32,000 bases of DNA, taken from contig CAVQSX010000019.1 of the NCBI GenBank assembly GCA_963715905.1, forward strand, positions 19,496 through 51,495, read 5' to 3'. The position numbers and the translations under genes are program-made. The notes beneath the pieces were generated by a model. It saw nothing but the letters and a program-made list of their open reading frames with translations. It was not told where the DNA came from and did no database searches. Positions 10,109 through 18,203 of this stretch are shown here, piece after piece. This DNA is from an uncultured Actinomycetota bacterium. GTDB lineage: Bacteria > Actinomycetota > Actinomycetes > Mycobacteriales > Mycobacteriaceae. Position 1 is the stretch's first letter; the number at the start of each line of letters is the position of its first letter.

Positions 10109-10228
10109 CGAAGCGGGCGGTCACGTGCCAGACGTCAGCGAACCAGCTGGGATCCCTCGGCGTGTCATGACGGTCTGACCCAAGCGCGCCTGACCACCTG
10201 CGCCGCGAATTGGACCTACGCTGCGGAT

Positions 10229-10894
10229 ATGGACAGCGCCGACCCAACCCCAGCGCAGGCGGCCCCCAGTCGAGCTGAATCGCTCGTCGCGCACGCCGAG
10301 GGTTCGATATCAGAAGACGCGATCCTGGCCAGCGCGCGCGAGCGCGCCGTCGACATCGGTGCCGGGGCGGTGACGCCCGCCGTCGGCGCGCTGTTGAGCC
10401 TGCTGGCCAAGCTCAGCGGCGGCAAGGCCGTCGCCGAGGTTGGGACCGGCGCCGGCGTCAGCGGACTCTGGTTGTTATCGGGTATGAGCACGGACGGCGT
10501 CTTGACCACGATCGACGTCGAACCGGAGTATCAGCGGCTGGCCAAGGAGGCATTCGCTGAGGCCGGTATCGGGCAATCCCGCACCAGGCTGATCGGTGGC
10601 CGTGCCCAAGAAGTGCTCACCCGGCTGGCCGACGACTCCTATGACCTGGTGTTCATTGACGCCGATCCGATCGACCAGCCGGATTACGTCGTGGCGGGCG
10701 TGCGATTGCTGCGCTCCGGCGGCGTCATCGTCGTGCACCGGGCAGCGCTCGGCGGCCGGGCCGGAGATCCCGCGGCTCGCGACGCCGAGGTGGCAGCGGT
10801 CCGCGAGGCCGCCCGGCTCATCGCCGAGGACGAGCGGCTGACCCCCGCACTGGTTCCGCTGGGCGACGGTGTGCTGGCCGCAGTGCGCGACTAG
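10229..10894 (+). CDS. Class I SAM-dependent O-methyltransferase (caffeoyl-CoA OMT-like), Rv1220c-like
   Basis: 221-aa ORF with the SAM motif [16 protein letters not shown] and acidic motif LVFIDAD. Its position next to sigE matches H37Rv. Confidence 0.85.
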   Translation: MDSADPTPAQAAPSRAESLVAHAEGSISEDAILASARERAVDIGAGAVTPAVGALLSLLAKLSGGKAVAEVGTGAGVSGLWLLSGMSTDGVLTTIDVEPEYQRLAKEAFAEAGIGQSRTRLIGGRAQEVLTRLADDSYDLVFIDADPIDQPDYVVAGVRLLRSGGVIVVHRAALGGRAGDPAARDAEVAAVREAARLIAEDERLTPALVPLGDGVLAAVRD

Positions 10895-10900
10895 TTCCCC

Positions 10901-10962
10901 CGCGAGCAGACGCATAAGCCCCCGCACGCCCGGCGTGTCGGGGGCTTATGCGTCTGCTCGCG
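10901..10962. repeat. Palindromic hairpin element with a perfect 23-bp stem, filling the gap between two convergent stop codons; candidate bidirectional terminator
   Basis: CGCGAGCAGACGCATAAGCCCCC (10901-10923) is the exact reverse complement of GGGGGCTTATGCGTCTGCTCGCG (10940-10962). The 16-nt centre GCACGCCCGGCGTGTC is itself nearly palindromic. Flanking stops are TAG at 10892-10894 (+) and TAA at 10964-10966 (-). Confidence 0.85.
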
Positions 10963-10963
10963 C

Positions 10964-12748
10964 TTAGGAGCCAACCACGGCGTCGACCAGGCTCTGGGCA
11001 ACCGCGAAAGGGAAGCCGACCGTAGCATCGACTACCTCGTTGACACCGTCCCGAACCGAGTTCACGATCGTCGCCGGATCCCCGGTGAGCAGCGCACCTC
11101 CGAAGTCGAGGACCGCAAATTGCGGAGCCGTGATCAGGTTACGGACGTCGACGAACAGCTGGGTCGGCAATGACGCCTTCGGGACGGGCACGCCGTCCCA
11201 ACTTTCCATTGTCCAGCCGGTCTGCGGGCTGCCCTGCAGCACGACAACACCAGTGTTCGGCAGTGAGTGGGTGAGCATGAGCAAGGGATCGGGGTTGTTG
11301 ACGGTCATCAGCGTCCCGGTCTCGATCGCCAGTGCGCTGGAGAACGACACGTCGGTGATATGGCCGTTCGCGCCGACGACTGGGTTCGCCAGGGCCGTGC
11401 TGTACATGGTTTGCATCGCATTGTGGAAGCCATTGAAGAAGACCACCCCGTTGGGGTCGGCGGAGAGCGGAGCCAGCATTGGCATGGTCGGGAACCCGAG
11501 GGTCCACGTCAACGGGCCGACGATGTAGAGGATTCCCGCGGGGAGCTGCCCTAACCCTTGGAAAAGGCCGGCATCGATCTCGTTGAGCCCGGCCAATGAC
11601 TGCGGGGTCGGCATACCCGGCATGCCCGCCAACGGCCCGGCGGTCTGCTGAGTCCTGAGCAATTGCGAATCGAAGATCCCGGCAAAGGGTCCCTGCGGAG
11701 CGAGAACGTTGGCGATGTTGTGCGCCTCTTGCAGCCCCAGCGCATTGAGTGGGGCACCGGGTATTGATGTGTCGATCAGGTTCATTGCGTTCGGATCAGT
11801 CTGACCGTGCCGCACGAAGTCAATCTGGATTGACGGTCCGTTGGTGGTCGTCGTGGTTGGGCCGCCCGTACCGATGAACAGCCCGCCATAACCGGTGGCC
11901 CCGCCGGTTCCCGCGGTGGGGCCGGACCCGCCGGCCCCACCGTGGCCGCCGTCGCCGAATAACAAGGCCTGGCCGCCGGCCCCGCCGGCGCCGCCGATAC
12001 CCACGGCCACCGCGCCGCCCGCCCCGCCGTGGCCACCGTTGCCCATCAGCACGCCACCGACGCCGCCCGTGCCGCCCGCCCCGCCGCCAAAGCCCACACC
12101 ACCGGTGCCGCCATTTCCGATCAAACCGGCATTCCCGCCCCTGCCGCCCACAGCCCCCGTGCCGCCGGTCTGGCTGTAGCCGGATCCGCCGTCGCCGAAC
12201 AGCAAACCGCCTGCGCCGCCCATGGGCGATCCTGCGGTCCCGGCGACGCCGTTGCCGATCAGATCGCGCCCAACTAAAGCGTCGGTAGGCGCATTGACGA
12301 TCGGGTCGAGCGTTCGGCCGAGCGGGCTGTTGATCCACGCCTGGCCGGCCGTGTGAACCGGACCATAGACGACCATCTGAAACCCAGCGGCGACGAATGA
12401 ATCTAAAGCAGCGAGGGGAGCTGCGGCGGCGCCGGCGCCGAGCAATGTGCTCTCCAACCCCCAGGCGACGGACGTCTCGGTGGCCGCGTACGAAACCGCC
12501 GCCGCATGCAAGTTGCTGACGAACTGCTGCTGGTAAGCCGCTGCCTGCGCCGCCGCCGCCTGATATTCCCGCGCATGTCCGCTGAACATCGCCGCAATCG
12601 CCGCCGACACTTCATCGGCGCCCGCTGCGGATAACTCGGTCGTCGGGATGGCTGCGGCCAGATTGCCGACGTTTACTGCCGAACCGATCTGCGCCGCGTT
12701 CGCCGTGTGCATCTCGAAAGTGTCCAGAGCTACCAGAACAGATGACAT
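10964..12748 (-). CDS. PE_PGRS family protein with a C-terminal histidine-phosphatase (phosphoglycerate-mutase-like) domain
   Basis: 594-aa ORF. The PE domain is MSSVLVALDTFEMHTANAAQIGSAV...YAATE (about nt 12464-12748). The linker is DPIVNAPTDALVGRDLIGNG. GGAGG/GGNGG repeats span aa 165-300 (about nt 11849-12256). After a TTTTT spacer comes IQIDFVRHGQTDPN (RHG at aa 313-315), followed by LRTQQTA and LNEIDAGLFQG. This is the same architecture I remember for Mtb PE_PGRS11. Confidence 0.9.
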   Translation of the reverse strand: MSSVLVALDTFEMHTANAAQIGSAVNVGNLAAAIPTTELSAAGADEVSAAIAAMFSGHAREYQAAAAQAAAYQQQFVSNLHAAAVSYAATETSVAWGLESTLLGAGAAAAPLAALDSFVAAGFQMVVYGPVHTAGQAWINSPLGRTLDPIVNAPTDALVGRDLIGNGVAGTAGSPMGGAGGLLFGDGGSGYSQTGGTGAVGGRGGNAGLIGNGGTGGVGFGGGAGGTGGVGGVLMGNGGHGGAGGAVAVGIGGAGGAGGQALLFGDGGHGGAGGSGPTAGTGGATGYGGLFIGTGGPTTTTTNGPSIQIDFVRHGQTDPNAMNLIDTSIPGAPLNALGLQEAHNIANVLAPQGPFAGIFDSQLLRTQQTAGPLAGMPGMPTPQSLAGLNEIDAGLFQGLGQLPAGILYIVGPLTWTLGFPTMPMLAPLSADPNGVVFFNGFHNAMQTMYSTALANPVVGANGHITDVSFSSALAIETGTLMTVNNPDPLLMLTHSLPNTGVVVLQGSPQTGWTMESWDGVPVPKASLPTQLFVDVRNLITAPQFAVLDFGGALLTGDPATIVNSVRDGVNEVVDATVGFPFAVAQSLVDAVVGS

Positions 12749-12831
12749 CGCCTACTCCACGTTGAGTATTGGTTTCGCGCCATCATGGCATCCCGTTCCC
12801 AAAAAAGAGCGTAAATCCAGCCCGGGCACCC

Positions 12832-12897
12832 GGCGCGAGCAGACGCAAAAGCCCCTGACACGCCGTGCGAGCGCGGGCTTTTGCGTCTGCTCGCGCC
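12832..12897. repeat. Palindromic hairpin element with a perfect 23-bp stem, in inverted orientation relative to the 10901 copy
   Basis: GGCGCGAGCAGACGCAAAAGCCC (12832-12854) is the exact reverse complement of GGGCTTTTGCGTCTGCTCGCGCC (12875-12897). The 20-nt loop CTGACACGCCGTGCGAGCGC contains GACACGCCG, the reverse complement of the CGGCGTGTC seen in the loops at 10924-10939 and 28689-28704. Confidence 0.85.
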
Positions 12898-12902
12898 CAA
12901 AC

Positions 12903-12931
12903 TTGACAGCGGTTGAACGTCTGTTTAGTAT
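12903..12931 (+). promoter_or_regulatory. Sigma-A-type promoter for the TetR/ABC operon, predicting a leaderless mRNA
   Basis: TTGACA is at 12903-12908 and TAGTAT at 12926-12931, with a 17-nt spacer. The ATG of the TetR gene begins at 12939, 7 nt after the -10 hexamer, and no Shine-Dalgarno sequence (SD) is present. Confidence 0.5.
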
Positions 12932-12933
12932 CT

Positions 12934-12947
12934 TGAACATGCGTTCA
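12934..12947. promoter_or_regulatory. Candidate TetR operator: inverted repeat TGAAC-N4-GTTCA spanning the start codon and predicted transcription start site (TSS), with an extra upstream half-site
   Basis: TGAACATGCGTTCA lies at 12934-12947. A third half-site, TTGAACG, is at 12913-12919, 20 bp upstream of the TTGAAC at 12933-12938. Confidence 0.35.
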
Positions 12948-13589
12948 GCAGACCTGACCGCCACCGCACGAATCCGCGACGCGGCAATCGAGCAATTCGG
13001 CCAGCACGGCTTCGGCGTGGGGCTACGCACCATCGCCGAGGCCGCAGGAGTGAGTGCCGCGCTGGTCATCCACCACTTCGGCTCCAAGGAAGGGCTGCGC
13101 AAAGCCTGTGACGACTACGTCGCCGAAGAGATCCGCAACAGCAAGTCCGAGGCGATGCAGTCCAGGGATCCTGCCACCTGGCTGGGTCAGCTTGCCGAGA
13201 TCGAGTCGTATGCGCCGCTGACGGCCTACCTGATACGCAGCCTGCAGACCGGCGGCGAGCTGGCGATGACGATGTGGCACACAATGATTGAAAACGCCGA
13301 ATCGTACTTTGCCGAAGGTGTGCGGGCCGGCACCATCAAGCCCAGTCGCGATCCGCACGCCAGGGCCAGGTACCTGGCCATCACCTCCGGCGGCGGACTG
13401 CTGCTGTACCTGCAAATGCACGACAACCCAACGGATCTGCGGGCGGTGCTGCGCGACTACGCCAGCGAGATGGTGCTGCCCGCCCTCGAGATCTACACCG
13501 AAGGCCTGATGGCCGATCGCACCATGTACGACGCCTTCCTGGCAGCAGATGAAGCCGCAGATGATCAAGGAGGATCACATGTCAGATGA
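12939..13589 (+). CDS. TetR-family transcriptional repressor of the adjacent ABC efflux genes (Rv1219c/RaaS-like)
   Basis: The start is at ATG 12939, giving 216 aa. The N-terminal HTH is [44 protein letters not shown]. The 313-aa ORF in the track would run through the hairpin repeat and into the PE_PGRS start, so the short start is preferred. Confidence 0.85.
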   Translation: MRSADLTATARIRDAAIEQFGQHGFGVGLRTIAEAAGVSAALVIHHFGSKEGLRKACDDYVAEEIRNSKSEAMQSRDPATWLGQLAEIESYAPLTAYLIRSLQTGGELAMTMWHTMIENAESYFAEGVRAGTIKPSRDPHARARYLAITSGGGLLLYLQMHDNPTDLRAVLRDYASEMVLPALEIYTEGLMADRTMYDAFLAADEAADDQGGSHVR

Positions 13590-14496
13590 AAATTTCGCAC
13601 CGATCGAAATCCGCTATTTGACAAAGAATTTCGGTGCCGTGCGGGCACTCGACGGCCTTGATCTGACTGTCGGTGCGGGAGAAGTGCATGGATTCCTCGG
13701 GCCGAACGGCGCCGGCAAGTCCACCACTATCCGCATCCTTTTGGGCCTGGTGAAAGCCGACAGCGGCAACGTGCGGTTGCTCGGCGGCAACCCGTGGGCC
13801 GACGCCGTCGAGCTACACCGCCAAATCGCCTACGTGCCTGGCGACGTCACTTTGTGGCCGTCGCTGACCGGCGGCGAGACCATTGACCTGTTGGCCCGCA
13901 TGCGCGGCGGCATTGACCACAAGCGTCGGGCAGAGCTCATCGAGCGCTTCGACCTCGACCCCCACAAGAAGGCGCGTACGTACTCGAAAGGCAACCGCCA
14001 AAAAGTCTCCCTGATCTCAGCCTTCTCGTCACAGGCCGGGCTGCTGCTCCTGGACGAGCCCAGCAGCGGGCTGGATCCGTTGATGGAGAACGTGTTCCAG
14101 CAGTGCGTCGGCGAGGCACGCGACCGAGGCGCGACGATCTTGCTTTCCAGCCACATCCTGGCCGAAACCGAGGCGCTGTGCGAAAGGGTGACCATCATCC
14201 GAGCCGGCAAGACCGTCGAAAGCGGTTCGCTCGACGCTATGCGCCATCTCAGCCGGACCTCGATCAAAGCCGAAATGACTGGTGATCCAGGCGATCTCAC
14301 CCGGATCAAGGGAGTCGAGGACGTCAGCTTCGACGGCAACACCGTGCGTGCCCAGGTCGACAGCGAAAGCCTCGGCGAACTCATCCGGGTGCTCGGCGAC
14401 GCCGGGGTCCGGAGCCTTGTCAGCCAGCCGCCGACACTTGAGGAACTGTTCCTGCGCCACTACAACACCGCGGAAACAAAGGTCTCAGCGTCATGA
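13579..14496 (+). CDS. ABC transporter ATP-binding protein (ABC-2/DrrA-like), Rv1218c-like
   Basis: ATG 13579 follows AAGGAGGA and overlaps the TetR gene end by 11 nt. Walker A is GPNGAGKST, the signature-like motif is YSKGNRQKV, and Walker B is [12 protein letters not shown]. Confidence 0.9.
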   Translation: MSDENFAPIEIRYLTKNFGAVRALDGLDLTVGAGEVHGFLGPNGAGKSTTIRILLGLVKADSGNVRLLGGNPWADAVELHRQIAYVPGDVTLWPSLTGGETIDLLARMRGGIDHKRRAELIERFDLDPHKKARTYSKGNRQKVSLISAFSSQAGLLLLDEPSSGLDPLMENVFQQCVGEARDRGATILLSSHILAETEALCERVTIIRAGKTVESGSLDAMRHLSRTSIKAEMTGDPGDLTRIKGVEDVSFDGNTVRAQVDSESLGELIRVLGDAGVRSLVSQPPTLEELFLRHYNTAETKVSAS

Positions 14497-16136
14497 GCAC
14501 CGCAACCCTGGATCGGTCGCCCTCCGGAGCAGGACCCGCGCCGCGACGTAATTCGAACTTCTCCGGAACCCTCGGGATGCTGCGGCTCTATGTGCGCCGC
14601 GACCGAGTCTCCCTCCCACTGTGGGTGCTGCTGCTATCGGTACCGCTGGCCACCGTGTACGTCGGAAGTGTCGAAAAGGTCTACCCCACCCAGGCCGCCC
14701 GCGCCGGATTCGCGGCCTCCATCATGGCCAGCCCCGCCCAGCGCGCGCTCTACGGGCAGGTCTACAACGACAGCCTTGGGGCGGTGGGTGTTTGGAAAGC
14801 CGGGATGTTCCACCTGCTGATCGCGGTGGCCGTCATCCTCACCGTGATCCGGCACACCCGCGCCGACGAGGAGACCGGTCGGACCGAGCTGATGGACTCG
14901 ACCGCAATCGGCCGGTACGCCAGCCTCAGCGCGGCGCTGCTGCTGTCGTTCGCGGCATCGCTCGCCACCGGCGCGATCGGCGCCGCCGGATTGCTCGCCA
15001 CCAGCGTTCCGCCAAGCGGGTCAATCGCTTTCGGGGCGGCGCTGGCCGGCTCGGGACTGGTCTTCACCGCCGTCGCCGCGATAGCCGCGCAGCTGTCCCC
15101 GAGCGCACGGTTCGCCCGCGGCGCCGCGTTCGCCGCGTTGGGCGCGGCATTCACGCTGCGGGCCATCGGCGATGCTGGGGATGGCAACCTGTCGTGGCTC
15201 TCGCCGCTGGGCTGGTCACTGCAAGTCAGGCCGTACGCGGGTGATCACTGGTGGGTGCTGCTGCTGCACCTGGTGACGACGGCCGCACTCACCGCCGTGG
15301 CCTACCGGCTGCTCGCCGGCCGCGACGTCGGCGCCGGACTGATCGCGGAACGCGCCGGTCCGGGGGCGGCCTCGACCGCGCTCGGCAACGTCTTCGGGCT
15401 GGCCTGGCGACTCGACCGCGGCTCCCTGCTGGTGTGGAGCGTCGGCCTGTGCCTGTACGGCCTGCTGATGGGCAGTGTGGTGCACGGCATCGGCGACGAG
15501 CTGGGCGACAGCACCATCGCGCGCGACATCGTCGCGCGGATGGGCGGCACCAGCGCTTTGGAAGAGGCCTTCATCGCGGTGGCGTTCGCCATGCTGGGCA
15601 TGATCGCCGCCGCATTCACCGTCTCGGTCGCCTTGCGGCTGCACCAGGAAGAGTCTGCGCAACGAGCTGAAATGACGCTGGCCGGCGCCGTCTCCCGAAC
15701 TCGCTGGCTGGCAAGTCATTTGGCGGCCGCCATGATCGGGCCGGCGGTGGCGCTACTGGTCGCCGGAGCGGCGGCGGGACTCGTCTACGGCATCGCGGAC
15801 GGTGACGTCGCCGGCAAGCTGGGCACCGTCGTCGCCAGCGCGGCGGTGCAGCTGCCGGCGGTCTGGCTGCTATCCGCCGTGACAGTGACCCTGTTCGGTC
15901 TCGCACCGCGGTTCACGCCGGTGGCGTGGGGTGTGCTCGTCGGCTTCATTGCCTTGTACCTGGTCGGTTCACTGGCCGGCTTCCCGCAGTGGCTGCTTGA
16001 CCTGGAGCCGTTCGCGCACGTCCCGCGGGTCGGCTCCGACTTCACCGCCGTGCCGCTGCTGTGGCTGCTGGCCATCGATGCGGTGCTGATCGCTCTGGGA
16101 GCCATGGCTTTTCGGCGGCGGGATCTGCGGGCATGA
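14493..16136 (+). CDS. ABC-2-type transporter permease with about 12 predicted hydrophobic helices, Rv1217c-like
   Basis: 547-aa ORF. There is an ATGA start/stop overlap with the ATPase gene at 14493-14496. Hydrophobic helices occur throughout. The size matches that remembered for Rv1217c. Confidence 0.85.
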   Translation: MSTATLDRSPSGAGPAPRRNSNFSGTLGMLRLYVRRDRVSLPLWVLLLSVPLATVYVGSVEKVYPTQAARAGFAASIMASPAQRALYGQVYNDSLGAVGVWKAGMFHLLIAVAVILTVIRHTRADEETGRTELMDSTAIGRYASLSAALLLSFAASLATGAIGAAGLLATSVPPSGSIAFGAALAGSGLVFTAVAAIAAQLSPSARFARGAAFAALGAAFTLRAIGDAGDGNLSWLSPLGWSLQVRPYAGDHWWVLLLHLVTTAALTAVAYRLLAGRDVGAGLIAERAGPGAASTALGNVFGLAWRLDRGSLLVWSVGLCLYGLLMGSVVHGIGDELGDSTIARDIVARMGGTSALEEAFIAVAFAMLGMIAAAFTVSVALRLHQEESAQRAEMTLAGAVSRTRWLASHLAAAMIGPAVALLVAGAAAGLVYGIADGDVAGKLGTVVASAAVQLPAVWLLSAVTVTLFGLAPRFTPVAWGVLVGFIALYLVGSLAGFPQWLLDLEPFAHVPRVGSDFTAVPLLWLLAIDAVLIALGAMAFRRRDLRA

Positions 16137-16807
16137 AAGCAGCCATCGGTGCGGCGGTGCCCAACGTAATCGCCGTGATCGCGCTGGGTGCGGTGTTGTT
16201 CGTGCCTGCCGGAACCTTCAACTATTGGCAGGCATGGGCTTTAACCGCGACGTACGCGCTGACCACGATCGCGCCGACCATCTACATAGCCCGGACGAAT
16301 CCCGCGGCTTTGCGACGCCGCATGCGTAGCGGTCCGCGGGCGGAGGCGAGAACGTTGCAGAAGTTCGTCATCGTCGCGTGGATGGCAAGCGTGTTCGCGA
16401 TGATGGCGTTCAGCGCTTACGACCATCGGGCGGGCTGGTCGCACGTGCCCGCCTGGGCGTGCGTGCTGGGTGATGTCCTGGTAGCGGTGGGGCTCGGTCT
16501 CACCATGCTGGTGGTCATCCAGAACGGCTACGCCGCCGCCACCGTCACGGTGGAGACCGGCCAGCCTGTCGTTTCGACCGGCGTCTACAGGTTCGTCCGG
16601 CATCCGATGTATGTCGGCGGCGTGATCATGATGATCGGCACACCGCTGGCTCTGGGGTCTTATTGGGGACTTTTGTTCATCGTTCCGGGGGTGGTGTCTC
16701 TCGTGTTCCGGATCCTCGACGAGGAGACGCTGCTGTCCCAGGAACTGGCCGGGTATCGCGAATACACTCAGCGGGTCCGTTATCGACTGATGCCCTATGT
16801 CTGGTAG
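16133..16807 (+). CDS. Integral-membrane methyltransferase of the ICMT/PEMT family, Rv1216c-like
   Basis: The start is at ATG 16133, with an ATGA overlap with the permease stop, giving 224 aa. The C-terminal motif is YRFVRHPMYVGGVIMMIGTPLALGS...DEETLLSQELAGYREYTQRVRYRLMPYVW. Confidence 0.8.
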   Translation: MKAAIGAAVPNVIAVIALGAVLFVPAGTFNYWQAWALTATYALTTIAPTIYIARTNPAALRRRMRSGPRAEARTLQKFVIVAWMASVFAMMAFSAYDHRAGWSHVPAWACVLGDVLVAVGLGLTMLVVIQNGYAAATVTVETGQPVVSTGVYRFVRHPMYVGGVIMMIGTPLALGSYWGLLFIVPGVVSLVFRILDEETLLSQELAGYREYTQRVRYRLMPYVW

Positions 16808-16813
16808 GGCCAG

Positions 16814-18031
16814 CTAGATCCACACGCCCTTGCCCACCGCGACCACGCCACCGGCGCTGATCGCGAACCGTTCCCGATCCTTCTCCAGATCGACGCCCAC
16901 CATCTCGCCCGGCCCCACAACGACGTTCTTGTCCAGGATCGCGTGCCGCACCACTGCACCCCGGCCGACCCGAACTCCGGGCATGATCACACTGCCCTCC
17001 ACGATCGCGCCGTCGTCGACCACCACGTTGGAAGACAACACCGAATTGCGCACCGACGCCGCTGAGATGATGCTGCCGGCACCCACCACCGACTCCTGCG
17101 CGGAGCCGCCGTTGACAAACTTCGCCGGCGCCAGGTTCTCCGCGGCGCCAAGGATTGGCCAGCGCCTGTTGTACAGATTGAACACCGGATGCACCGACAC
17201 CAAGTCCATGTGTGCGTCGTAGAACGCGTCCAGCGTGCCCACGTCGCGCCAGTAAGCCCGGTCGCGGTCGGTCGCACCCGGCACCTCGTTGTCGGAAAAG
17301 TCGTAAACCGCGGCCAGCCCATCGGCCACCAACTGCGGGATGATGTCGCCACCCATGTCATGGTCCGAGTGGTCGTCGTCGGCGTCGGCGCGAATCGCGT
17401 CGATGAGCACCTTGGTGGTGAAGATGTAGTTGCCCATCGAAACGAACGTGGTGTCTGGGTCGTCGTGTGTCCCGGGCGGCTCCAGCGGCTTCTCGACGAA
17501 GCTGCGGATACGACCCGAATCGTCGGAGTCGATGCAACCGAAGGCGTGCGCCTCGGAGCGCGGAACGCGGATCCCGGCCACCGTGGCTCCGGCTCCGCTA
17601 TCGATATGGAACCGGACCATCTGCTCCGGGTCCATCCGGTAGACGTGATCTGCGCCGAAAACCACTATGAAGTCAGGGTCTTCGTCGTAGATCAGGTTGA
17701 GCGATTGATAGATCGCATCGGCGGAGCCGGTATACCAGCGCGGACCCAACCGCTGTTGAGCCGGCACCGGGGTGATGTACTCGCCGGCCAGGCCGGACAG
17801 CCGCCAGTTCTGCGAAATGTGACGGTCGAGTGAATGCGACTTGTATTGAGTGAGAACGCAGATCCTCAAGTAACGGGCGTTGACGAGATTGGACAGCACG
17901 AAGTCGATCAATCGATAGGCACCCCCAAAAGGAACCGCGGGTTTGGCCCGATCCGCGGTCAGCGGATACAACCGCTTGCCCTCGCCGCCGGCCAGGACAA
18001 TGCCCAGCACGTGTGGCGGCGCATCCCTCAT
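16814..18031 (-). CDS. glgC: Glucose-1-phosphate adenylyltransferase
   Basis: 405-aa [40 protein letters not shown] and the rest are nearly identical to remembered Mtb GlgC (Rv1213). Confidence 0.95.
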   Translation of the reverse strand: MRDAPPHVLGIVLAGGEGKRLYPLTADRAKPAVPFGGAYRLIDFVLSNLVNARYLRICVLTQYKSHSLDRHISQNWRLSGLAGEYITPVPAQQRLGPRWYTGSADAIYQSLNLIYDEDPDFIVVFGADHVYRMDPEQMVRFHIDSGAGATVAGIRVPRSEAHAFGCIDSDDSGRIRSFVEKPLEPPGTHDDPDTTFVSMGNYIFTTKVLIDAIRADADDDHSDHDMGGDIIPQLVADGLAAVYDFSDNEVPGATDRDRAYWRDVGTLDAFYDAHMDLVSVHPVFNLYNRRWPILGAAENLAPAKFVNGGSAQESVVGAGSIISAASVRNSVLSSNVVVDDGAIVEGSVIMPGVRVGRGAVVRHAILDKNVVVGPGEMVGVDLEKDRERFAISAGGVVAVGKGVWI

Positions 18032-18203
18032 GGCACAAACCTATCCGCAGCCGCGACCAGCTGCTAGTGGGCTCGCCACAACGGGCCGCGTTCTGTCGGG
18101 CTGTCCGTCAAGGTATTTGGTCCAGTTCGACGTTTCCCGTGGCCGCCACCCATTATTCCGCCCGACTCGCGCACCCCACCGTCTCCGAACTACGGTGCCC
18201 TGT

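Noticed and set aside
11782-12338. ORFs 11820..12338 (-), 11895..12179 (+), 11782..12036 (-) and 12029..12277 (+) within the PGRS region, and the possibility of a CRISPR-like or other repeat array
   Set aside because: They are alternative-frame readings of the GGC/GGN-rich PGRS repeats, giving Arg-rich or Pro-rich products. The repeats are short, degenerate and in-frame with the PE_PGRS CDS. There is no repeat-spacer periodicity, so this is not a CRISPR array.
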